Origin: Pseudomonadota bacterium
Lineage (GTDB): Bacteria; Pseudomonadota; Alphaproteobacteria; Micavibrionales; UBA2020
DNA: 60,870 nucleotides
Direction: 5' to 3'
NCBI GenBank assembly: GCA_021805245.1
Contig: JAJZFS010000013.1
Coordinates: 1-60,870 of the forward strand
Shown here: positions 53,248-60,870 of the stretch, in pieces
How positions within the stretch are numbered: position 1 is the first letter of the stretch
Layout of the letters: the number at the start of each line of letters is the position of its first letter
Position numbers and translations under genes: made by a program
The notes under the pieces: model-generated
What the model was told of the DNA's origin: nothing
Databases searched by the model: none
What the model saw: only the letters and a program-made list of their open reading frames with translations

Positions 53248-53829
53248 ATGCCACAATTTCCAAAGCCTCCTTCACAACCCCCCGCACGCGGCGAATTGAT
53301 GGATGCCGTGATCAGCAATAACATCTCGAAGGTTCGAGCCTTGCTGGATCAGAATGCGGATATAAACGAAAAAGACGCAAACGGCAATACCCCCTTGAAT
53401 CGCGCTGCGGATCTGGGCCGCACCGATATCTGCCGCGCCCTGATCGACAAAGGCGCCGACGTCAATACGCCCAATAATCAAGGCGACACGCCGCTGATGT
53501 CGGCCATCGCGGCTTATCCCGCCTATAACTACAATAATGACAGTATCAACATTGCGCAGATGCTGCTCAACAAAGGCGCCGACATGAACGTCAAAAATAA
53601 AAGCGGCGAAAACGCCATGGACATCGCCCAGCTAAGGAACAAGTCGACGATCGTCACCATGATGAAAGAGGAAACGGTCAAGCGCAAACGTCTAGCCGAA
53701 GAATACGCCAAAGCGGTCGAGAAAAAGAGACAGGAAACGGTCAGCGGCATGCAGCACGAACTGCGCGAAGCCGCAAAGAACAGGCCGCGTCTCAAACCAA
53801 GACCGCCTGCAGGCCCCAAAGCGGCCTGA
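53248..53829 (+). CDS. Ankyrin-repeat protein with K/R/P-rich tail
   Basis: GNTPLNRAA, GDTPLMSAI, GENAMDIA repeats, GADVN/GADMN; helical C-terminal part; ends KNRPRLKPRPPAGPKAA. Confidence 0.9.
   Translation: MPQFPKPPSQPPARGELMDAVISNNISKVRALLDQNADINEKDANGNTPLNRAADLGRTDICRALIDKGADVNTPNNQGDTPLMSAIAAYPAYNYNNDSINIAQMLLNKGADMNVKNKSGENAMDIAQLRNKSTIVTMMKEETVKRKRLAEEYAKAVEKKRQETVSGMQHELREAAKNRPRLKPRPPAGPKAA
53760..53785 (+). repeat. 26-bp direct repeat, copy 1
   Basis: ACTGCGCGAAGCCGCAAAGAACAGGC, identical to 54713..54738. Confidence 0.9.
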
Positions 53830-53851
53830 TTTTCAGGATACGATTCCACTC

Positions 53852-53886
53852 AAAAACGGCGCAGGGTTTTTCCCCGCGCCGTTTTT
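53852..53886 (+). terminator. Intrinsic terminator after the ankyrin gene
   Basis: AAAAACGGCGC...GCGCCGTTTTT hairpin. Confidence 0.75.
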
Positions 53887-53912
53887 ACAGGCCGTCATTG
53901 GGAGCTGGCATT

Positions 53913-54698
53913 ATGGAGGTTATGAAGCGCATCACGCACCGGCAACGGGTCGCTGTCGTTGTATCCGTGACAATCGCGGGAATTGTCGCCGCGTTTCTTT
54001 GTCCTCCCATACCGCAAGACTCTTCCTACAACCATTTTGCCGATGTCCGCGCATGGGCGCACATCTCTAATTTCGCCGACGTTGTCAGTAATGTCCCTTT
54101 TTTCTTTGTCGGCGCCGCAGGCATTCTCTTTATCTGGCGCCTCGGAAAGTCGCTAGAACGGTCCGCGGCGTGGCTTGCTTTTTTCGCGGGCGTGCTGCTG
54201 ACGGCGTTCGGCTCGAGCTATTATCACCTTGCGCCCGATAACCACAGGCTGATCTGGGATCGTTTGCCGATGACGATCGCTTTTATGTCTCTGTTCGCGG
54301 CTGTGGTGGGGGAGCGCATCAATCTTCGCGCAGGCGACGTGCTGCTGCCCCTGTGCCTAGCGCTGGGCGTGGGGAGCGTCCTCTACTGGAAGATAACCGA
54401 AAACGCGGGCCATGGAGATTTGCGGCCTTACGGGCTGGTGCAGTTCCTGCCAATGCTGCTGATCCCGCTGATCCTCGTTTTGTTTCCCGCCAGACACAAG
54501 GGCACGAAATATATGATCTATTCCTTTGCCTTCTATGTCGCGGCGAAGATCTTCGAATATTTCGACGCCGCCGTCATGCACCTCACGCACCACGCCGTCA
54601 GCGGACACACCATCAAACACCTTCTCGCCGCCGCGGGCGCGGGCTGCCTGATCGGCTATGTGCGGCGCTTACAAGAGTGTTATAAATCAGCGCACTGA
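53913..54698 (+). CDS. Alkaline ceramidase-like (CREST superfamily) membrane hydrolase
   Basis: PIPQD..YNHFAD, VVSNVPF, GSSYYH, WDRLPM, SGHTIKH; ~7-8 TM. Confidence 0.8.
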   Translation: MEVMKRITHRQRVAVVVSVTIAGIVAAFLCPPIPQDSSYNHFADVRAWAHISNFADVVSNVPFFFVGAAGILFIWRLGKSLERSAAWLAFFAGVLLTAFGSSYYHLAPDNHRLIWDRLPMTIAFMSLFAAVVGERINLRAGDVLLPLCLALGVGSVLYWKITENAGHGDLRPYGLVQFLPMLLIPLILVLFPARHKGTKYMIYSFAFYVAAKIFEYFDAAVMHLTHHAVSGHTIKHLLAAAGAGCLIGYVRRLQECYKSAH

Positions 54699-54712
54699 AG
54701 CCACGGCACATG

Positions 54713-54738
54713 ACTGCGCGAAGCCGCAAAGAACAGGC
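54713..54738 (+). repeat. 26-bp direct repeat, copy 2
   Basis: Identical to 53760..53785; here intergenic. Confidence 0.9.
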
Positions 54739-54739
54739 T

Positions 54740-54772
54740 GAAAGCGGCGCGGGTTTTCTCCGCGCCGCTTTC
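54740..54772. terminator. Terminator between convergent ceramidase-like gene and pepA
   Basis: GAAAGCGGCGCGG-GTTTTCT-CCGCGCCGCTTTC perfect 13-bp stem. Confidence 0.75.
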
Positions 54773-54773
54773 T

Positions 54774-56267
54774 TTATTCGCAATACTCCGAAACATAGCG
54801 GTCGAGCAGCCGAACGCCGAAGCCGACCGCGCCTTTGGGGACGGAGGGGCGGTCTTTTTCGGCCCAGGCCATGCCGGCGATATCGAGGTGCGCCCATGTC
54901 ACGCCTTTCTGGATGAAGCGCTTCAAAAAGTGCGCCGCCGTGGCGCTGCCTGCGTCGCGGCCGCTGCTGATGTTCTTGATGTCGGCGGCAGGGCTGTCCA
55001 ACGCCTTGTCCCACGCGTCGTTGAGCGGCATGTGCCAGAGCGCCTCGCCGACCTCTTTACCCGCGCCGATCAGATGATGCGGCAGGTCGTCGTCGTTGGA
55101 ATAGACCGCGGCGTATTCGTGCCCGAGCGCGATGATCACCGCACCGGTCAATGTCGCAAGGTCGATCACCCGCGACGGCTTGAATTTCTCCTGGGCATAC
55201 CACAAAGCATCGCAAAGGATCAGGCGGCCTTCGGCATCGGTATTGAGGATCTCGACCGTCTGGCCCGACATCGACGTGACGATGTCGCCCGGACGGCACG
55301 CCGTGCCCGACGGCATGTTCTCCGCCAGCGCGACGACGCCGACAACGTTCGCTTTAGCCTTGCGGCTCGCCAGCGCCTTCATCAACCCGACGACGGCGGC
55401 CGAACCGCCCATGTCGAACTTCATGTCCCACATGCCCGCGCCGGGCTTGAGCGAAATGCCGCCGGTATCGAAGGTCACGCCCTTGCCGACGAAGGCGGTG
55501 TTCTTCTGGTTTTTCGGTCCGCCCTGCCAGTGCATGGTGACGAGTTTTTCCTCCTGCGCGCTGCCCTGCCCGACGGCGATCAACGCGCCCATGCCGAGCT
55601 TCTGCGTTTCCTTGCGGCCGAGGATTTTCACCTCCACGCCGAGAGGTTCGAGTTCGCGCTTGATCATTTCCGCGTAGCTTTCGGGATAAAGCACGTTCGG
55701 CGCTTCGGAGACAAGATCGCGCGCCCAGAACACGGCTTCCGCCACCTTGCGCTTCGTCGCGAAATCATTCCGTGCCGCCACGGCCTCCGCCAGAACGATC
55801 TCGGCGGATTTCAGCGTCGGCTTTTTCTCTTTCGGCTCGCGGGTCAGGTATTTATCGAAGCGGTAACTGTTAAGCAACATGCCTTCGGCGAGATGCGCGG
55901 CGGCGGCAACTTTTGACTCATGACATGCGTCATCGTCGAACAGCACTTGCGCGGAGGCCGCCTTGTGTTTGTTGAGCGCAGACGTCAGGCTGCTGCCGAT
56001 CGCCTCGAAGTCACGCGCTTTGAGTTCTCTGGGTTTGCCCAGCCCCACCACGACGATATGCCCGGCGGAGATGCCCGCCGCGCCGGAAACCGCCAGCACC
56101 TTGCCTTTTTCGCCCGCGAAGCCTTCCGCCTTCATCGCCCGTTTGATGGCGCCTTTGGTCTTTTTATCAAGCCTTTGCGCCTCCCCCGTCAGCTTGTCGC
56201 CAGCGGCGACAAAAACCACGGCGGCATCGGCCTTGCGGGTCGGTTTTTTTTCAAACGAAATTTTCAT
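54774..56267 (-). CDS. pepA: Leucyl aminopeptidase (M17)
   Basis: VGKGVTFDTGGISLK, MKFDMGG, NTDAEGRL, ATLTGA, WAHLDIAG. Confidence 0.95.
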   Translation of the reverse strand: MKISFEKKPTRKADAAVVFVAAGDKLTGEAQRLDKKTKGAIKRAMKAEGFAGEKGKVLAVSGAAGISAGHIVVVGLGKPRELKARDFEAIGSSLTSALNKHKAASAQVLFDDDACHESKVAAAAHLAEGMLLNSYRFDKYLTREPKEKKPTLKSAEIVLAEAVAARNDFATKRKVAEAVFWARDLVSEAPNVLYPESYAEMIKRELEPLGVEVKILGRKETQKLGMGALIAVGQGSAQEEKLVTMHWQGGPKNQKNTAFVGKGVTFDTGGISLKPGAGMWDMKFDMGGSAAVVGLMKALASRKAKANVVGVVALAENMPSGTACRPGDIVTSMSGQTVEILNTDAEGRLILCDALWYAQEKFKPSRVIDLATLTGAVIIALGHEYAAVYSNDDDLPHHLIGAGKEVGEALWHMPLNDAWDKALDSPAADIKNISSGRDAGSATAAHFLKRFIQKGVTWAHLDIAGMAWAEKDRPSVPKGAVGFGVRLLDRYVSEYCE

Positions 56268-56309
56268 AGCGGTTGTTTCCTTTTTCAAATGATCCTATAA
56301 ACTGATACC

Positions 56310-57479
56310 ATGTTGGTAACCCGCTATCTATTCAAAAACCTTTTCACCGCGACGATCTTCATCGCCGTGACGCTGACGCTTGTGATCTGGCTGACGCAGT
56401 CTTTGAAGCTGCTCGAACTCGTCGCCAACTCGGACGCGCCGCCGGGCATGTTCATCCGCCTTGTCGCGCTGACACTGCCTAAATTTCTGGAAATCATACT
56501 TCCGTTATCACTGGTCATCGCCGTGATTTTTACCTACAACCGGCTCATTATGGACAATGAAATCGTCGTCATGCGCAGTTGCGGCATCGACCAATACGGT
56601 CTTGCGCGCCCCGCCGTTCTGCTCGCCGTCGGGGTCAGCATTTTCCTGACGTTGATCACGACATGGATCTCGCCGCGCAGCTTCGCCATGGTGGACAGCA
56701 TGCGCCAGACGATCCAGACGAAATATTCCGCCTTCCTGCTGCGCGAGGGCGTCTTCAATACCTTCGGCGGCAACCTCACCATTTACCTGCACGCGCGGCA
56801 GAGCAACGGCGACATGACCGGTCTGATGATCTACGACGCGCGCGACAAGAGCAAACCGGCTACCGTCATCACCGCCAAAAAAGGCCGCATCACGATGGAC
56901 GACAACATCCCCGACATCATGGTGTTCGACGGCATGCGCCAGCAGATAGACCCCGCGAGCGGCGCGCTGTCCAAGCTTTATTTCTCCCAGTACACCATCC
57001 AGATCAAAGGCCTCGGCGGCCCGGCGCAGGCGCATTGGAAAGACGCGGAAGAGCGCACCCTGCCGGAACTGCTGAGCCCAGACATGCAAAACCCCAAAGA
57101 CCGCACGCATACCAGAGCCTTCCTTGCCGCCGCCTACAGCCGCATCATCACGCCGTGGAACGCGCTCACTTTCACCATGATCGCGCTTGTCGTCATTCTG
57201 CTCGGCCCCTTCAACCGCCGCGGACAGAACTTCAGGATCATCGCCGCCGCCGGAGCGATCGTTCTGATGCAGGCGCTCAGCCTCGCGCTGGTGAATGTCT
57301 CCCAGCGGCATCTCGGCGCGATGCCGGCGTTATTGACCGCAACGCTCCTGCCTATTGCGGGGGGATTTTATCTCCTCCACGCGAAAGGCGAGCAGGCCCT
57401 GATGGCCACCCTGCACAACTGGCACGTCCGCCACAACGGTGCGCATGACGGCCCCATGCCGAAGGGATCGTCCGCATGA
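56310..57479 (+). CDS. lptF: LPS export permease LptF
   Basis: IWLTQSL, DNEIVVMRSCG, LREGVFN; 3+3 TM layout; divergent from pepA. Confidence 0.88.
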   Translation: MLVTRYLFKNLFTATIFIAVTLTLVIWLTQSLKLLELVANSDAPPGMFIRLVALTLPKFLEIILPLSLVIAVIFTYNRLIMDNEIVVMRSCGIDQYGLARPAVLLAVGVSIFLTLITTWISPRSFAMVDSMRQTIQTKYSAFLLREGVFNTFGGNLTIYLHARQSNGDMTGLMIYDARDKSKPATVITAKKGRITMDDNIPDIMVFDGMRQQIDPASGALSKLYFSQYTIQIKGLGGPAQAHWKDAEERTLPELLSPDMQNPKDRTHTRAFLAAAYSRIITPWNALTFTMIALVVILLGPFNRRGQNFRIIAAAGAIVLMQALSLALVNVSQRHLGAMPALLTATLLPIAGGFYLLHAKGEQALMATLHNWHVRHNGAHDGPMPKGSSA

Positions 57480-58594
57480 TGGGCAGCACCTCTACGCTCT
57501 TTCGCTATATCGGCCGCAAGTTCCTGTTCAACCTCTTCGCCATCATGACGATCCTGCTCGGCATCATGTTTATGTTCGACATCGTCGAAACCCTGCGCCG
57601 CACCGGCGGACAGGTGCATATCCCCCTCGGCACCATGCTCTCGATCTCGCTGCTAAAACTGCCGTATCTCGCGCAGAGCATCCTGTCCATCGGCGTTCTC
57701 TTCACCTCCATCTATACCTGCTGGCGTCTCAACAAGACCAGCGAACTGGTCGTCATCCGCTCTTTCGGGCTGTCAGCCTGGCAGTTTCTCAGCCCGATGC
57801 TGCTCTGCGCCGTCACCATCGGGGTTCTGGCCACGACCGTGCTCAACCCGCTCTCGGCGGTGTTTCTCGCCAAGTCGAATGAACTGAACAACCTCTATTT
57901 CCACCCCAACCGTGACCTCGTCACCGTTTCGAAAACCGGCATCTGGCTGCGCCAGCCGATCAAGCCGGACGCGGCCAACGGCGAAAAAAACGGCTACGCG
58001 CTCATCCATTCCGTCACCTTCGACAAAAAAGACTGGCAGCTGAACAAGGTGCTCGTCCTCTTTTTCGACAACGCCGACAACTTCATCAGCCGGATGGACA
58101 GCCCCGTTGCCCACCTGCGCCAGGGCTATTGGCAGATCTACAATCCCGTCATCAACGACAAGACCGGCGCGCAGCAACTCAAGACGCAGGAAATCGCCAC
58201 CAACCTGACGACCCGCAAAATAGAAGAATCGTTCGCTGATCCGGAAACCATCTCTTTCTGGAATATCCCCGAATATTTAAAAGTTATGGAAGATACGGGG
58301 TTCCCCGTCACGCACCTTTACATCCATTTCCAGATGCTTCTCGCCCAGCCTTTCCTGCTGGCCGCCATGATCCTGCTCTCCGCGTCCTTTTCGCTCCGGC
58401 CGCCCCGCATGGGCGGCCTCGCCACCATGATATTTCTCGGCATTGCGACCGGATTTCTTGTGTTTTTCTTCCAATCCATGCTGCAGGCCTTCGGCGTGTC
58501 GCAAAAGATTCCCGCAGGCCTTGCCGCCTGGACCCCCGCCCTTGTCAGCTTGCTACTCGGCACCACGGCGCTTCTGCATCTGGAAGACGGCTAA
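57476..58594 (+). CDS. lptG: LPS export permease LptG
   Basis: SELVVIRSFGLSAWQFL, GIWLRQ, LAAWTP, C-terminal LHLEDG. Confidence 0.9.
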   Translation: MMGSTSTLFRYIGRKFLFNLFAIMTILLGIMFMFDIVETLRRTGGQVHIPLGTMLSISLLKLPYLAQSILSIGVLFTSIYTCWRLNKTSELVVIRSFGLSAWQFLSPMLLCAVTIGVLATTVLNPLSAVFLAKSNELNNLYFHPNRDLVTVSKTGIWLRQPIKPDAANGEKNGYALIHSVTFDKKDWQLNKVLVLFFDNADNFISRMDSPVAHLRQGYWQIYNPVINDKTGAQQLKTQEIATNLTTRKIEESFADPETISFWNIPEYLKVMEDTGFPVTHLYIHFQMLLAQPFLLAAMILLSASFSLRPPRMGGLATMIFLGIATGFLVFFFQSMLQAFGVSQKIPAGLAAWTPALVSLLLGTTALLHLEDG

Positions 58595-58692
58595 ATGTGT
58601 AAAAAAGATATCACACAAAAACAAATAATTAACGATTGCGTAATTTTAAAGAGTTACAGTATAACAGGTAGTTACTAAGTGGGTTCATAACT

Positions 58693-59484
58693 ATGTCAAA
58701 AAATGCATTTAGAGTAATTTCCACGGCCTTGCTGCTGTCTCTCGCCTTAAGCGTCGGCGGATGCGCAAAAGCGCAAAAACCGCCCGTTACCGCGACGTAT
58801 CTATCTCAGCAAGTCGCCGATCCGCTCGAGCCCATGAACAGGGCCATATTCGGTTTCAACGACGTTGTCGATCAGGCGTTGATCGAACCGCTGGCCAAAG
58901 GCTACGTCGCCCTGCTACCACAGTTTATGCGCGATGCTGTCCGGAATTTTATGCGCAACCTGCAGGCACCGGTCGATGTCGCCAATGATTTGCTGCAAGG
59001 CCGTTTCAACAATGCCGGCGTGGCGACGGCGCGCTTCGTCATCAACAGCACGGTAGGCATCGCCGGCCTTGTCGATGTCGCTGCAAAGAAGGACTTGAAA
59101 TATAAGGACGAGGATTTCGGACAAACGCTGGCCTCCTGGGGCGTTGGCAACGGCTTTTACCTCGTCCTGCCGATTATCGGCCCCTCGACCTTGCGCGACG
59201 CCACCGGCACGTTTGCTGACGCTTATGCCGATCCGGTACGCATGTGGTCCTATAACACCCACCGATACTGGGTTTACTATACGCGTGAAGCCATACAAGG
59301 GCTTGATACGCGTTCGCGCCTGCTCAAACCGGTCGACGATATGCGTAAGAACAGCCTAGACTACTACGCCGCCGCGCGCAGCGCCTACATCCAGCACCGC
59401 AACGCGGTTATCCGCACCAATGCCCCTGCGGCCACAGCCCCCGCCAGCGCCCCGGAACAGGGTCTCGGCAGCGACCACCCCTGA
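58693..59484 (+). CDS. mlaA: MlaA/VacJ lipoprotein
   Basis: VGGC lipobox, DPLEPMNRAIFGFN, EDFGQTL, LPIIGPSTLRD. Confidence 0.93.
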   Translation: MSKNAFRVISTALLLSLALSVGGCAKAQKPPVTATYLSQQVADPLEPMNRAIFGFNDVVDQALIEPLAKGYVALLPQFMRDAVRNFMRNLQAPVDVANDLLQGRFNNAGVATARFVINSTVGIAGLVDVAAKKDLKYKDEDFGQTLASWGVGNGFYLVLPIIGPSTLRDATGTFADAYADPVRMWSYNTHRYWVYYTREAIQGLDTRSRLLKPVDDMRKNSLDYYAAARSAYIQHRNAVIRTNAPAATAPASAPEQGLGSDHP

Positions 59485-59523
59485 CGAACAAATGACATTG
59501 CCAGTACAGAAGGACTGACCACT

Positions 59524-60156
59524 GTGATAAAAACCCTCTCCGGATGCTCCCTGCTTGTTGCCGCTTTCTGCACGGCCTTCCTGTCTTTTTCCGTCCCCGC
59601 CGCTGCCACCGTACAGATCGTCTCACCGACGGAATTCGTCCAGCATTTGGGCGACACGGCGCTGATGTCGCTCACCAGCAAACACCTCTCCCGCAAGACC
59701 CGCGAAGAGCGCGTGCGCAAAATACTGGAAGACAACTTCGACGTCACGGCCATCGGCCGCTTCGCCATCGGCCCCTACTGGCGCACGGCGACGGACGCCC
59801 AGCGCGCCGATTACATGAAGCTTTTTGAAGACCTGATCGTGGAAACCTATACCAACCGCTTCGAAGCCTATTCCGGCCAGACGCTGAAGGTTTCGGGCGC
59901 GCGCGCCTCCGGACGGGATGATTACATCGTCGAGAGCCGCGTCATCCAGAAGGACGCCGCGCCCATCGGCCTGGAATGGCGCGTGCGCAAGGAAGACGGC
60001 CACCTGCGCATCGTCGACGTCATCGTGGCGGGCGTCAGCATGAGCTTCACCCAGCGTGCGGACTTCATGTCCGTCATCCAGAACGAGGGTGGACTCAACG
60101 GGCTGATCGCGTCCTTGCAAAAACGCCACGAAGAATCGCAGCGCAACGGCGGCTGA
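59524..60156 (+). CDS. mlaC: MlaC/Ttg2D phospholipid-binding protein
   Basis: Signal peptide, FD..AIGRFAIGPYWR, IVDVIVAGVSM..TQR.DF. Confidence 0.9.
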   Translation: MIKTLSGCSLLVAAFCTAFLSFSVPAAATVQIVSPTEFVQHLGDTALMSLTSKHLSRKTREERVRKILEDNFDVTAIGRFAIGPYWRTATDAQRADYMKLFEDLIVETYTNRFEAYSGQTLKVSGARASGRDDYIVESRVIQKDAAPIGLEWRVRKEDGHLRIVDVIVAGVSMSFTQRADFMSVIQNEGGLNGLIASLQKRHEESQRNGG

Positions 60157-60200
60157 CGGCAGCGGCCGCGCAAAACGCGCGGCGACGCACGCTCCTTTTC

Positions 60201-60870
60201 TTACATCCGGTTTGCGAAGTTGACTGATTTCATCAGGGAATCGAGCGTCGTCAGACCCGACAGAACCTTGGCCACGCCGTCGTCGGCCATATTTTTGAAG
60301 CCGTTTTTGTAAGCGGCGGCTTTTATCTCCGCTATCGGACGGTCCGCCGCAATCAGCTCTTCAAGAACCTCATCGACATATAAAATCTCGTGAACGCCCA
60401 CCCGCCCCTTATAGCCGGTGCCGCTGCACGTCACGCATCCCTCACCCCTATACAGCGTCGGCGGCTTGGAAGGATCCATCGCAAGGAGTCGGCACTCTTC
60501 GGGAGATGCCTTATATTCCGTCTTGCAATTGGTGCAGATGCGCCTGACCAGACGCTGCGCGAAACTGGCGATCAAAGCGCCTGCCAGCATCGCCGGCTTC
60601 AGTTTAAGGTCCACCATACGGGGGATAGTGCCGAAGCTGTCGTTTGTGTGCAGAGAACTGAAAACCTGGTGGCCGGTCATGGCCGCCTTGAGCGCCTGCT
60701 CAGCCGTCACTTCATCGCGGATTTCGCCGACGAAGATGATGTCCGGATCCTGACGCAGCAGGGCCTTGATGCCGTCGGCGAAGGTAAAGCCGCCACCCTC
60801 GCGCACGTGCGCCTGACGAATGCCTTTCAGGGAATATTCCACCGGATCTTCCAACGTCTGGATATTGACG
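60201..60870 (-). CDS. GspE/PilB-family secretion/pilus ATPase (5'-truncated by window edge)
   Basis: EDPVEY, LRQDPDIIFVGEIRD, TGHQVFSSLHTND, CxxC pairs, GYKGRVG. Confidence 0.92.
   Translation of the reverse strand, partial: VNIQTLEDPVEYSLKGIRQAHVREGGGFTFADGIKALLRQDPDIIFVGEIRDEVTAEQALKAAMTGHQVFSSLHTNDSFGTIPRMVDLKLKPAMLAGALIASFAQRLVRRICTNCKTEYKASPEECRLLAMDPSKPPTLYRGEGCVTCSGTGYKGRVGVHEILYVDEVLEELIAADRPIAEIKAAAYKNGFKNMADDGVAKVLSGLTTLDSLMKSVNFANRM

Overview
About 61 kb of gene-dense, GC-rich chromosomal backbone from an alphaproteobacterium. Markers include popZ, ntrBC-ntrYX-dat-hfq-hflX, lysA-DUF4175-cpdR-like-ftsEX, large NAD-glutamate dehydrogenase, fabI-aroC and pepA-lptFG. There is one tRNA-Thr(GGT), and I see no transposase, integrase, phage or CRISPR. 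Several normally linked genes are missing from their usual operons (argH, ribD/E/H, dusB, trkA), while amino-acid catabolic genes are abundant. This would fit a predatory or host-associated, possibly Micavibrio-like lineage (inference). The main signals lie in stand-alone accessory genes inserted between housekeeping genes. (1) At least six unrelated proteins without signal peptides (Nudix, HAD, GT9, DHH, a putative ADP-ribosyltransferase-fold protein, ankyrin) end in a similar Lys/Arg+Pro-rich tail, a candidate shared secretion signal. (2) Four tandem I78/potato-I-like protease inhibitor paralogs have diversified reactive loops. (3) A tandem metallophosphoesterase pair lies behind a perfect CtrA box. 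(4) A ceramidase-like gene is bracketed by an exact 26-bp direct repeat and two similar terminators. (5) popZ carries a 45-bp tandem repeat expansion. All family assignments are from motif recognition, not database searches.
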